DNA of 64,000 nucleotides from Camelus ferus. Taxonomy: Eukaryota. The notes beneath the pieces are model-generated. The model was not told the origin of the DNA, made no database searches, and worked only from the letters and a program-made list of their open reading frames with translations. Position numbers and translations under genes: made by a program. This document shows positions 24,311 to 37,724 of the stretch, one piece after another (position 1 is the first letter of the stretch; every line of letters starts with the position of its first letter). The stretch covers positions 76,138,001 to 76,202,000 of the forward strand of contig NC_045696.1 of NCBI RefSeq assembly GCF_009834535.1. The letters run 5' to 3'.

Positions 24311-24469
24311 GAAGTAAATCAAATTTGCTTTGTCATATAATTGTTTGCACTCCTTATTTCAAATTTCCAGGTTTGCATTCTTTCCTTCAAACTTCTGGAT
24401 GCATTTCTCACTCATCTTTGTGTCACCTAAATTACCTAAGTCTGTGATTTATATCGAGCAGACAGAATT

Positions 24470-26654
24470 AAGTGAATAGTACTAGTTGCAGTAACAGACT
24501 CCCAACTTTCAGTAGTTGACACCTTAAAGTTTATTTCTCACTCCCATAAATGGTTGTTCTTCAGTGAGAGCTGGCTATCCTCTAGGTGGTGATTCTGGAA
24601 CTGGCTCCTCTCATCTTGTGGCTCCATCCTCCATGACCATTGTTGCATTTGCTGGACCATCTCCAGTCAAGAGAAGAAAGCATGAAGAGGTCTTCTATTT
24701 CTTAACTACCTGGGCCTGAACACAGCTCTTCCGCTCGCCTTCCACCATGAGAAGATGCCACCTAGACACAAATTCTAGGAAATTCGATCCCTGGCTGGGC
24801 AACCAGCTCCTGGCAGGAGCTCTATCCCACTGAAAGGAGGAAGTGATCTGTGGTGAAAAGCTAGATGTCTCTCTGTGCAAGAAACCTTCAAGACACTGCT
24901 GAAAGAAACTGAAGAAGACATGAACAAATGGAAAGACACCTTGTGTTCATAGATCAGAAGAATATTGTTAAAATGTCCAAACTACCCAAAGCCATCTACA
25001 GATTCAACACAATCCCCATCAAAATACCAAAGGCATTCTTCACAAAAATAGAAGAAACAAACCTAAAATTTGTGTGGAACAAATAGGCAAAGCAATAGTG
25101 AGAAAAAAGAAGAAAGTTAGAGATATCATGCTTCCAGATTTCAAACTATACTACAAAGCCACAGTAATATGGTACTGGCACCAAAATAGACACATAGACC
25201 AATGGAAGAGAATAGAGAGCTCAGAATTAAATCCTAGCATATGCAGTCAACTAATATGACAAGGGAGCCAAGAAGACTGAACAGGGAAAGGACAGTCTCT
25301 TCAACAAATGGTGCTGGGAAAACCAGAGAAACATACATACACAGAACAGTGAAACCGGACCCCCATGTAACACCATTCACAAAAATTTACTTGAAATTGA
25401 TCAAAGACTTAAACATAAGACCTGATTCCATAAAACTTCTAGAAGAAAACATAGGGAAGAAATTCTTTGACACTGGTCTTGACAATGACTTTTCTGATAT
25501 GATGCCAAAAGCAAAAAAACAAAAGCAAAAGTCAACACATGGAACTACTTTAAGTTCAAAAGCTTCTGCACAGCAAAAGAAACATTTAACAAAATGAAGA
25601 CAACCTACAGAATGGGAGAAAAATTTTGCAAACCATGTATCAGATCAGAGGTCAATGTCCAAAATAGACAAATAACCCATACAACTTAACAAAATACCAA
25701 ACAATCTTATTTAAAAATTGGTAGAACTCATCGTAATTTAGTGTTCTTCAATTAAAAAAAAATTGGTATAAGCTAAATAGATATTTTTCCAAAGAAGACA
25801 TTAAACTGTCCAACAGATATATGAAGAGACAGTCAACATCACAAATCCTCAGAGAAGTGCAAATCAAAATCACGATGAGATACCACCTCACACCTGTTGA
25901 AATGGCTATTATCGAAAAGACAAGAGACAATAGGTACTGGTGAGGATGTGATGAAAAGGGAACCCTTGTACTGTGTTGGTGAAAATATAAATTAGTCCAA
26001 TCATTATGGAAAACAATATAAAGGTTCCTCAAAAAAATAAAAATATATCTACCACATAATCTAGAAATTTCACTTCTAGGCATATAACCAAAGGAAATGA
26101 AAACAGGATTTCAAAGAGATACATGCACTCCCATGTTTACTGCAACATTATAATGGAATATTATTCAAGTATGAGAAAGGAGGATATACTGCCATTTGCA
26201 ACAGCATAAATGGACCTTGAGTACATTATGCTAAGTGAGGTAAGTCAGAGAAAGACAAATACTGTATGATCTCACTTATATGTTGAATATAAGTCAAACT
26301 CATAAAAATAGAGTAAAATGGTGATTACCAGAGAATAGGAGGTGAGGGATAAAACTGATGTTGTTTAAGAGTACAAACTTGCAACAAGTATAAGTAAGCC
26401 ATAGAAATCAGAAAACAATATTGTACTACAATCATCAAACTTGCTAAGAGACTAAAACCTAACTATCCCAACCACTAAAAAGAAAGGATAATAATGTAAT
26501 GTGATAGAGGTGCTAAATAGTGCCACAATGGCAATCATATTGCAATATACAAATGAATCAAATAAATACACTGTACAACTTAAACTTATACAATGTTCTA
26601 TGTCAAATACAGTTGGTAAAAAATAAGAAAGGAAAACTAGCTGTCTCTTCCACA
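24470..26654 (-). mobile_element. MLT1J/K-type MaLR LTR split by an L1 insertion (24873-26632)
   Basis: GTTGCAGTAACAGACTCCCAACTTTCAGT..AAAGTTTATTTCTCACTC..CATCTTGTGGCTCCATC; the LTR terminus CTAGCTGTCTCTTCCACA reappears at 26637-26654, after the L1. Confidence 0.7.
24873..26632 (+). mobile_element. LINE-1, 5'-truncated (ORF2 3' portion and 3' UTR) with degenerate TSD
   Basis: ORF2 peptides [29 protein letters not shown] and LIKDLNIRPDSIKLLEENIGK. TSD-like AAAAGCTAGATGTCTCT (24856-24872) / AAAACTAGCTGTCTCT (26633-26648). Confidence 0.95.
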
Positions 26655-26691
26655 GACATTCAAGTAATGTTGATTGGATTTACTTTACAAT

Positions 26692-26715
26692 GAGAGAGAG
26701 AGAGAGAGAAAGAAA

Positions 26716-26751
<36 letters not shown>

Positions 26752-26884
26752 GAGAAAGAGAGAAAGAAAAGGAAAGAAAGGAAGGAAGGAAGGAAGAAAG
26801 ATAAAGAAAGAAAGAAAGGAAGGAAGAAAGAAAAAGAAAGAAAGAAAGGAAGGAAGGAAGGAAGGGGGAGGGAGAAAAAAGAAA
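26692..26884. repeat. Polypurine simple repeat (GA)n/(GAAA)n/(GAAG)n
   Basis: About 193 nt of purines with a single T. Confidence 0.97.
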
Positions 26885-28387
26885 TCTTCTAGAGCAAAGT
26901 AAAGAAAAATTTCCTTGTGAGTTACAGGGAAAGATTGTGTCTCAAAAACCAAGGATTGAGCATTTCTCTTGCATTTTCTTAACCATACAAAGCCCACTGG
27001 AAAGCACAGATCACCAAAATGTAGAGGAACTCCCACTGACTACCTTAATGAAAAGGCAACAACTCTAATGTATATTTTTAAAAATTCTTCCAAATTATTA
27101 ACCTTGGAGACTAAACCATATAGCAGGGGTCTAAAACCTCCAGCAACTTTTTTTGTGTGTCAAAATTCTCTTCACAGGAATCGTTTCTCATGTAAAAGCA
27201 CAGAGCAATCTGCCAAAGAATTACTGAATGGCTAGAATTTCAAGGATGCAAATGTCTTCTTAAAATGGCTGTTTCTTCTATTGAATTGAATCCCACAACC
27301 TTTCTCTGTGAGGACAATGAGGGAAAATGTACAACCCTTATAACAAACAGGAGACATTTCAGAGCCTTTCTGGAGAGTTTCCAAGTATATTTAATTTTTT
27401 CTCCTGAAAACATTCCAAGAACAAATTTCTGCAGCATGAAAGTTGAGTTCAATCAAGAAGTAGGGTTCCAGAGCAATCTCCATACTCAGGGGAAGGGAAG
27501 AGAGTGGAGGAGATAGGAGCTTCATAACACATGGCTTGACCCCAGTCATGGAGGGCCCTGGGAGCCCCCTGAGTATAAAGGAAAGTTCTCTGGCACTAAA
27601 GGTAATTACTGAAGGGCAGGGCCGTGTTTCATTTGGTTTTGTATTTCTAATTCTGAACACAGTACCTGACACCTAGCAAGTATCCAATAAATACTTGATG
27701 AATGAATAAGCAAATGGAACAGGGGTTTAGTTATTATATCTTGGATGAAAGGTGATCGGTTGGCCTCACTGATTAAAAAAAAAATCTAAAACTGGGGCAC
27801 AAGATTGGTGTAAGACTAAGAAAAGACATTCAATGTTAAGTTTCTTTAAATGCTTTTAGTTGTAAACCAATGTGGTCTCAGTTAGGAGCAAAGATGAGTC
27901 ATCAAGCAGAGGTCAAAAGAATTTAGCTAAATAGGTGGGATGTTCTATCCGGAAGCTGAGGAAATTATTAATTTTAAATTACTGTACAACCTAATTGGAA
28001 AAGATCGAGTAGTAAAAAATACCATTTCTTTACTCCTGGCTTATCTTTGTTACTCCAAAAAGTGGAACCAGCCTGAAGCAAACTGTGTAGGAGTTCTCAC
28101 CCCCTCATCTCCCCTTGTGTCATCCTCTGTAGTCAGAAGTGCAACTCCGTGTGTCCAATGGCTTTATATTTGCCACACCTAGCCATCCCTTACGTCCCAG
28201 GTCTTCCTAGGACAACACCTCCTGCTTCAGACTGTTCCATCCTAAATGTTCTCATCTTACATTTCAGTCACTCACCCTCTGCTCTTGGCTCATGAAAGCT
28301 GCTTAAATTTGTTAATTTTCTCATGAGTGCAGAAAGGGCACTGATGGTGTGTTCAGGTTAAAATATAGTCTTGTTTATTGGGGCCTT

Positions 28388-28487
28388 NNNNNNNNNNNNN
28401 NNNNNNNNNNNNNNNNNNNNNNNNNNNNNNNNNNNNNNNNNNNNNNNNNNNNNNNNNNNNNNNNNNNNNNNNNNNNNNNNNNNNNNN
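28388..28487. other. Assembly gap (100 N)
   Basis: Run of exactly 100 N, usually a placeholder for a gap of unknown size. Confidence 0.99.
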
Positions 28488-30974
28488 TGGTTTGATTTTT
28501 CAAAGGAGACATATTGCTACTCTTAAGGACTTCTCAGGACACTGATTGGGGAAAAAAAAGTAGTGAAAACCAGAGCAATCTGACAGAAATAGGATGCCTT
28601 GTCACCCAAACCCTGAGGCAACTCACACATATGGTGCCGTATTTTAAACATGAAGAAATAGCCGCTGTCTTAACAGCCTGGTGCTGTTAGGATAGCCAAC
28701 TCCCAGAGAGCATGTCTTTCCTGGTAAATGTCTGGAGAAAAGCATTGTTCTGAGGAAGGCTCTTATGGATTCGCTGGAGAGGTTGCATGTAGGCAGCGGT
28801 GTATGGTTCTGCAGGGCACCCTCTGAGGGGCAGGGTAGGGGGCTGAGATCCTGCCATGTGCTCAAGGCACAGGGTACACTGGTCAGGGACTGAATCAGCC
28901 TGTAGGAAGGGGGTCTTTCCTTAATTGCTCCACAGAGGAGCCACATTTACACAATTTGTCTAAAGGGGATATATTTCCTTATCTGCAAAAAGGCACTATA
29001 TATGCTAATAGCTTGGGAACTAGATAATAAGTAGGGTGGATAATGATTTATCGTCAAAATACCTGTCAATGCTGAGACTAGTGGCTGTCACTTTTAGGAA
29101 ATCTGAATTCAGAATTCACATTAGCTCCTAAATAGCCTTAGCCCCACCCATCTGCAACCCGGGGATACTGGAGTGTTCGGGAAAAGCCAACCAGGGATTT
29201 GATGCCAGTCCTGGGTTTCCTTCAGGAGAGAGCAGGAATGTAGAGAAGAGGGGGGATGGGACTGACATGCTTTGTTTCTAAACCTTAGCACATCTGAGCG
29301 CAGGAACGGTATCTTATTCACTATTGTATTCTTAGTACCATGAACTCAAGTCAGTGTGGAAGGAATGTATTGAAATCCATTTTATTCTTTCATCTTGCTT
29401 GTGTTTTCAGTAAAAGAAAGATGGTTAAACCTTATTTTTTTTTTTTAAATCTACAAAATTCAATCCTATGTTAACTTGACAGACAAGACAACTTTGGAGA
29501 CATTTTTCAAAATCCATGAAAGGATCATAGGGCCTTGGAATTAAAAATGTCTTAGTTACAAATGAAGCAGCAGGGGTCTAGAGAGTTTAAGTAACTTGTG
29601 GTGGGTTTCACGACCTGTTGGAGGTGAACCAGAACTAGAGCTGAGAACAGACACCAAGCTCAAATCCTTCTTCAGTGCTCTAAGAGAGTAAGCACAGGTA
29701 CCTTTCCCATAAAGATCGTCCCCTGTTGGGAGCTGTCAGCCTCCCTTGCTGAGAGTCTTGCAGCATGCCTGTGGCCCCCCTGCGACCACCAGGCCCACTT
29801 TCCTAGTGCTGTCTCTGACAGTCAGCTGGATGCTCTTGTACTCCATCACACACTGCTAGACCCAGAAGTGGGTAATCAGATAGCAGTCCTAAAACATTTG
29901 CATAAATGGGCCCCAAAGAAAATACCAAGCCTGTCACTTTCAAATCCTTTTTGAAATGAGCCATGGAATTTAAAAAAAAAAAAAAGAGAGAGAGAGAGAA
30001 CTTCAAGACTAGGGAGCAGGTAAATGTGTCATACACCATCCTTGAACGTTGGAAGGGCTAGGCCAGAGCAGTCATACACTGGGAAGCTCCCACGGAGTCA
30101 CAGAAGAGTGGTCTGGCTTTGCAAATATGTATCAGAGACACCGAGGAGACCCACTATAGGGCAGCCAGGATGAAATAAAAGTAATTCCTCTCTGGTAGAA
30201 AGCATTCTAGGGACTGCTACAGAACAAAAGTGGAAATCGTTCCTGAAGAACTCTGGATTCAAGTCAAGCAGTGGGACAACATTTAAAGGGATATTTTGTC
30301 TGGGGAATAAGTACAGATTTTCTAAACTCTATTCTAATAACTGGAATAGCACATGTGTCTGGTAACTCAATAGAGAAGAATATGTGAAGACCATTATAAT
30401 AGATGGAGCATTTTAGTCAACTAATAACAAGCCATTCTTTCCTCAAGCAAAGGAACAAACTAGTTGGATGTGGTGGGAAAATAAAAATTCAGAATCTCAA
30501 TCACATGGAGTCACACAGGCATTTCCGGCTCAAGATGAACTTGAAAAATACAATAAAGAAAAATTTACAATGAGCAACTGATTTATGAGCTCAAAATGTC
30601 CATTTGCCCTCAAAAGACTTCTGGAAATAGACTCATTTTAGACGACATGATGTTTTATCCGCTATTATCTAAAAAGTTCAAACTGGACTAACCAGCTATG
30701 AAGGAGAAGATAATTTTATTATGCCTTGATACTTTTTGTTTCTCTTTAATAGTTTCCCAACTGAGAATACTTCGTGCCTCGTATTGATCACCATTTCATA
30801 TATATCGAGTGCCAGTGCTCAAGATGCTGCCCACAAGACATGATGAAAACTAAACTGGCAAAGTGGAGTTGAGGGCGGGCAGTTGTTCAGTGAATTTGGG
30901 CAGCTTTCTAAAACTGGAAGCATTTCCATCAGTAGTTCTTATGCATAATTATTTTTGTAAATGTCTTAAGATTG

Positions 30975-31032
30975 TGGAAGAAGAAAGAAGGGAAGGATCT
31001 GGAAGAAGAAAGAAGGGAAGGATCTGGAAGAA
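30975..31032. repeat. Perfect 25-bp tandem duplication
   Basis: TGGAAGAAGAAAGAAGGGAAGGATC x2 plus a partial third copy. Confidence 0.95.
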
Positions 31033-31159
31033 AACTTTGTAAATAGCTGTCCAGAAGTGAGCTGATATAGTTTAGACTCTAAACCATACTTTTCAGCTTA
31101 TAATAATCAAGAGTGTTAAGGGAGGGAGAATAACAAGTGACTCATTAAAAATAAAGTTG

Positions 31160-31995
31160 GTTCCCAATTTGAGCAACATAATGAAGTAGCATTGGATTAT
31201 AACCCAAAATATAAAACATAGTCGTGAGTGCATACTGATATTAAATTTTAAAAGATTAAATAATGAATGAATAAATGAATGGAGGAGAACAGACAAATCT
31301 CCCTTCCAGAAGAATTTCAAATAATTTATGAAGGTACTTCATTCTCAAAGAAGTTGTGTATAATTCCTCACTCACTCTTTAAGTATGGGCTGTGCATGGT
31401 AACTTCCTTCCAAAGAGTACAGTGTGAAAGCAAGGGGAATGTATAACTTTATAGTGGAGAAATCTGTCAAACACTACCTCAGTTGGGTTATTAAGGCAAA
31501 CATAAGTGATAAGCCACATTGGCAGCATGTACCCTTAATAAGATGTCATGAGTACGGTGCTTTACTTCTGTGGGTTTCTTCGCTGAACTTTCATAAGGAA
31601 AAGGAATGAGGAAAACAGATACATCCCAATGAGGGATATTCTACTAGATATCTGACTAGGAATTTCCAAAACTCAAGATCTTCAAAAACCAGGAAGTTTT
31701 GAAAAACTGTCACAGTCAAGAGGAGCCTAAGGAGGCATGACTTCTGAATGTAATATGGTGTCCTGGATGGAATTCTGGAAGGGGAAAAGGACATTAAGAT
31801 AACACTAAGTAAATCTGAATAAAGTATGGGCTTTAGTTAAAAGTAATGTACCAACAGTATTAGTTCAAGAATGGCATACTAATGTCAGATTCCAACAATA
31901 GGGGGAACTGGGCCGTGGGCTTTGGGGAACTTCCTGGAGTATATTTTTGTTTTTCCCTATTTTTCTGAAACTACTCAAAAAATAAAATTCAACAA
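31160..31995 (+). mobile_element. Old L1 3' end (L1MC/L1MD-like)
   Basis: GCATTGGATTATAACCCAAAATATAAA..ACTTCCTTCCAAAGAGTACAG..ATGTAATATGGTGTCCTGGATGGAATTCTGGAA..AAATCTGAATAAAGTATGG. Confidence 0.85.
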
Positions 31996-33715
31996 AAAGA
32001 AAGTAGGCTTAGGCCAAAACAAGACAGTTCAAGAGGATGGTAATACAAGGGGATAGAAGTTAGCCATCAAAAGAGGAGCTCTCAACCCAGTGGAGCCTGG
32101 AGTGTCAGCCCTGGGGGGGAAAAGGTCAAAATGAATCTTTAAATGCCAAGGAGAACTGTTAGAAACAACGTGTTAAGAATAGCTGGGAGGTATTCATAAG
32201 CACAATTAGCACCTTGACTGACTGGGAGCCCAAAATAAGCCACTGTGTGAGAGCCAGCAGGCGAGAGTCATAAACAGGTCCTTGATGGCACCTAAAATGA
32301 GGCGAGGCTCCCAGTGAGAGGAAAGCGTTAAGCAAACAGGGTCCAGGTTTGTCACAGGAACTTCTATGCTATGTGTTCTCCCTGGTGTTTCTAATTTGAA
32401 GAAAGAGTTAAAGTTTTTTCTATAAAAGTGTCACCCTGACATTTTTGTCACTTTTATAAAGGTTTTTGTGTCTTTATACATGCAGCCCCTGCTTGAATTT
32501 TGCCTAGTAGGAAAGAACCTAAAAACAACGTCTCTCAACGCTGGATCTGACCAGTCTTCTATTTCAGCAGCAGATTCTTAATTTGGAGAGACTGAATCAT
32601 CCATTTCTCACCTTTCTCACCAGCCAAGTATTTTTAACTTACTGTCAGCTCTGGAGTGAACACAGAGTCAATAAGGAAAAAAGATAGTTCATTTTTCACT
32701 TTTCTGCTTTTGGCTGCTGAATCCAAGAATGTATTACAGCAAAAAGGAGGGTCTTTTATGTAAAAATAATATTGGTTTGTTTAACATTTTTTTCTCCATT
32801 TTGTTAAATGTCCAAAATGAGTCCCTGACACTTAAACAAGGACCACTTCTTACCTGGAGGCAGCTTTTCTGCACTATCTCAATACAGAAACTGGGTAGCA
32901 ACCTTGATCTCCCCAGTGACTCCAGGAATAGAAAGGTCACAGGAATGCACCCAGTTTCCAGTACCAGGAGGGCCTGACCCAAAAGGTGATTCTCCGTGGA
33001 CCTGTCCTGCCAGACCTCAGAGATCTGGGACGGGAAAGAGACATAGCTTGAACTGCTGCTCAGGAGCCGCTGGGCACACTGGTACTCCCAAAACTCAGCT
33101 TCAGGAGAACAGTTTGCTCCAATGCCTAAAAGAAACAGTCAGGGTCTCATCAGGTTCTCAAGTCTAAACCGAGAAAATAGAAGTAGGGAGGCCAAAGCAG
33201 ATGATCAAATAAGAAGAGAGTGACATTTTCTCTTTATCACTGTAAGTAGATAAAATGTCAATTAAAAACATTTAAGCAAGACTTTTTGCTTCTCCTTTTG
33301 TTCATTTGATTGATAGAGAAAGAACAGATTTCACAGTCAGGGACAGAAAAGGATAAGGCAATGACTGGGTATTGCAGAATGATGAGATTCAGATAACACA
33401 GTTCTGTGTGGTGCAGTGAAAAACAGAAGGAATAGGTTATGCTCAGAATAGAAACTCCAGGGGAAATACCAAAGCCAATGAAGAGAATGATGAACAGAGG
33501 GGTTGGCCGAGTACATACTCCATGCCCAGAAGCATGGGCACAACGGAAGAGGAGGGAAGTTAACGCAAGAAAAGGTCACCTATAAAGGTGACCACAGTGA
33601 GGTGCTGAAGGTTGGGGGGAGGCCTGAAGACAAGTGACGGGGTAGGGGCTGAGGGAGGAGGCAGGCATAGTCCATGCAGAAGGTCACAGTGAAACTGTGT
33701 TCAAAGAAAAGCCCT

Positions 33716-34023
33716 AGAAAAAGACAAAAGAACATAAATACAAAACAGAAGCAGACTCATAGACATAGAATACAAACTTGTGGTTGCCAAGGGGGTGGGT
33801 GGGAAGGGACAGACTGGGAGTTTGAAATTTGTAGATACTGACAGGCATATGTAGAATAGATAAACGAGATTATACTGTATAGCACAGGGAAATATATACA
33901 AGATCTTGTAGTAGCTCACAGTGAAAAAGAATGTGACAATGAATATATGTATGTTCATGTATAACTGAAAAACTGTGCTCTACACTAGAATTTGACACAA
34001 CATTGTAAACTAAGTATAACTCA

Positions 34024-34055
<32 letters not shown>

Positions 34056-34062
34056 GAGGAAG
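33716..34062 (+). mobile_element. Young L1 3' UTR fragment with (GAAA)n tail
   Basis: CAGACTCATAGACATAGAATACAAACTTGTGGTTGCCAAGGGG..TACTGTATAGCACAGGGAAATATA..TGACACAACATTGTAAAC followed by (GAAA)n. Confidence 0.9.
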
Positions 34063-34149
34063 GAAAGTCCCAAAGTATCTGGTCTGTCCTCAGAGTCTTT
34101 TGAGAGAGAGATTGTATGGCAAAGCCAAACTCGAATCTATAAAAGGAAA

Positions 34150-34330
34150 GTAAATAATCATAGTAAACACTTACATAACAATGACGATATGCCAGATACG
34201 TGTAAATATGTTAACTTGTTTAATAATCCTATGAGGGAGAGACTTTACTGTCCTATTTTACAGATGCGGAAACTGAGGCAAAAAAGGATCAGGCGACTTG
34301 TCCAAGGTTACCCAAGCGATCACAATAGCC
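34150..34330 (-). mobile_element. MIR SINE
   Basis: CCTATTTTACAGATGCGGAAACTGAGGCA..ACTTGTCCAAGGTTAC. Confidence 0.85.
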
Positions 34331-34469
34331 ATCAGATGCTGACTCACTTCACACAAAAGCTGCCTCCCACAGGAAAGAGCATGCATACTCACCTTAGTAC
34401 TGTGTTGTCATCTAAAATAATTTTCTAAAGGAAACTGTTTGGAACCACTTTGTTTCTCCATATCTGTTC

Positions 34470-34800
34470 TTCCACTCAACCATGCCACAAATAGCTACTG
34501 AATGCACACTATGTACAATGCACTGTTATAGGGTTTGGGGGTAGGAAACATTAAAAAAAATCCATGCCTTCCTGAGCATACGCTTTAGTGAGGGGAAGCA
34601 GACAAAATAGGTAAGAGTAATATAGCATATTATGTGGAAATAAGCACGGAGGAGACAAAGCAGAGCAACAGCTAAGATGCTGAGTAGGACAGTCACAGGT
34701 TTGAGACTTACAGAGGTGAGGGAACCAGCCATGCAGATACTGGGGGAAGGCACTCCAGACAGAGGGTACTGCAATCGTAAATACCCTCAGGTCAGAATGG
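34470..34800 (-). mobile_element. LINE-2 fragment
   Basis: GGTGAGGGAACCAGCCATGCAGATACTGGGGAAGGCACTCCAGACAGAGGG motif. Confidence 0.7.
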
Positions 34801-37724
34801 GACAAGATGTCCAAGGTTTTGTGGCTGGAATGGATTTATCTTTGGTTAAGTCCCTGGGCCAAGCCTGAAGTCTTTCACTCCAAATATAAGTGAAAGAAGC
34901 AGTCTCTAAATAACATATTTCACACACTGTTTTCTCAAGAAAGATTCCCTTCACATATCTTCCTTCCAGAAATAACTGGAAGGCCACCAGCTCCTTCCAG
35001 ATTCTTCTTTTATCTCTGGCTATAAGTGGTACATGCCTTTTCCAAATTCCTTAGGGTATTTGCGAAGTCCCACCTTGCTTTTGATTAGAGTTACTTTTCT
35101 GCCTTATCTTCCCTCTAAACTGTACATTAATTGAGAGCAGGATATGGACCTGGTTAATTGTCTTCCTCTCTACAGAGCTCAGCCTTGCTCATAGCTAGAG
35201 TTCAACAAACATTTGAGAAGGTTTGAGTGTGTGTTTTCTATCAAATTTAGCTCCAAATTAGAATAGCATTAATTTCATAACTGTATTTTATTATAATGAG
35301 GAAACATATTGTTAACCATACTTTCTTGAATGTTTAATATTCACAAAGGTTTTTACCAAACTATGGCAACTCTTAGACATGTAAAATTACAAGCTAACAT
35401 TTTAAATGCCAGTGATCTTAAAGAGTAACACATTTTCCCCACATAACCATGAAACAGAAAAATTAGTTTTGACAACTTTGTTGTAAATAAGTAAAAATGG
35501 CACATTGCAAAATATTTTTGCTTATGTAATCAAAAAATTAGATGAACATTTTAAAATATCTCAAGTAGATAAAACATTTAAAAACTAGGCCGAATTTCCA
35601 GTGTTTGCCCAATCTGGCACTGACCAGTGGCTCATGCCCTATTATTTACTGACTGAAAATTTAATTACACAAGATGTCTTTTTTTAAGGGAACACAAAAT
35701 CTTACATACAATTGTTAAGACACCGTAGCCAATAAGTTACCGTAGCCGATAAGTTACCATAGTTTTCGAAAACCAAGAAGTAGAGAGACAATGTAAGAAG
35801 ACTACTACAGAATTTAAAATAATTTGCACTGAATTTGTCTTTATTCCTCTGGTGTAGAAAGTAGCCTAAAATGTCATGTAACTGATTTGAAATTGACCAA
35901 GCAGACATTTCAGCTCTATGATTATTATTACTTTTAAAAGAGTAGAAAATAATGAGAAAGTCAGTGAGAGAAATTAAAAAAAAAAACTCTTTACTTTGGG
36001 AAAATAAACTCCTTGTTTGGAATTGTTTCCTTCTTCTGTGCCTCTGTCTGTAGAGTGAAACCAGGTGACTTTAGGCTGAGGTGTGTGGCCTCTGTAAAGG
36101 AGACTTGTTTGGGGAAGCTGGCCCTTGGCTTAAGGAAGGCCATTCTACAGACCCTGATCTAACCTCCAGCTTGATGGTATTGTGAATGCTGCTGGTGCCA
36201 GGACTGGGTAGCTCACAAAGCTTCTGCTCAATGACCCATACATTCACCAGGACTTTGTATCTTATTGCAGAAGGGCTGAAAGTGGAAGGCAGTGGCAAAG
36301 CTCTAGCCATTAGACCCCAGAAACTGCTCAGCCCCAAGGAAACATAATTGAATACTCCGGGCCATCCTGGGTTTCAAAGTATGAGCCTCTCAAGTAGAAA
36401 CTATTTCTCCTCTTCCTTTCCCTTCTCCTAACCTAAAGTCATCCTTCCTTTGAGTCATAATAGCATCACTTCCTTAATTTTCCTGGATATAACTTTTTTT
36501 CCCCAAAGCCAAAGCTAGCTTATCATTCTCATCATCCACAATCATTCCTATAATAAATATTTCCAGAGCACCTACCACGTGACTCACTGTGCTATATTTG
36601 GAGACATATGCTAAGTGAGACAGATATGGTCCTTGTATTTGTTAAGGGTAGGAGAAAAGAATGAGTGCCCTGAAGTGTAGGGAACAATGACCCTTGATCA
36701 ATCTCTTGATACAGGATGGCATATTTAAGAACATACCACACAATGAAAGACATTGGTAAGCAATGATAGAAAGTGAGGTCCCAGGGAGAGGCAAGGCTCT
36801 GTCAGAATCCCAGAAGGTTTGTCAAGCTCTAAGGCACAACAGCAGTCCCGACGCCTCCCACCTCCACCCCAATTCCAATGCTAACCTTACCACATCCTCT
36901 CCCACCCAAGACAATGACAACATTTGTATATGCCTTCTCAGTAATCCTTCTCCCACCCCCGTGGTCTGTAGTGGGTAAGTGGGGCTTCTCTGGGAAAACA
37001 GTGTTTTTTCCAAAGTGGATTCATGACACTAGCACAGGCAAGCACCTAAGGCAAAAAACAAAAAACAAAACAAAACAAAATACCCAAACAAACAAACAAA
37101 CAAAAAAAACCTTTTGGAGATTGTGACGATTTGGCTTGAGTATCAAAAGCTAAATCCTGGAGGACTGAGAACAAGCATTCATAAGAACAGGAAGACTTCA
37201 AGAGGGAGCTGGACGTCCAAAGGCCAGTCTTCCCACCACTTGCTTAAGACATAAGTCCCAAGGGCTCATGTGCTGTGAGGACCTGAAGAGTGGCCTGGCA
37301 CACTGCCCCCTCTCTGGGTTGAAACTGTGGGACCACAGTTGTGTCCACATCAGAGATCGCAGGTGAGAGTGGGGATCTCAGAACAGAGGAGGCTCTGAGA
37401 TTTCCTGGCTTCCCACAATATGCTTCAGACATGTCATAGTTCACAGAAAAGCCCCATGTTCAACAGTGATGCCAAGCTGTAGTTTTCAAAGGGCTGATGG
37501 AAGAAAATAGGCAGCAGAGCCCCAGGACAGTCCCCAAAGTCATGGCTTCCACAGTTTTCCATGACCGAAAACAGTCAAGAGTTCCAGAGGAGGCACACCC
37601 ACCCCATCCCATTAAAAAAAAAGGAGTTATAGAAGTGGCTGAAAAGGGAGGTGATCACTCATGGTTCTGGGGCAGAGGATACAGATTGCATAAACACTGC
37701 GTTTGTTACAAATGAATAATCAAT

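Noticed and set aside
26674..27036. K/E/R-rich and F/S/L-rich ORFs
   Set aside because: These are translations of the purine simple repeat, not genes.
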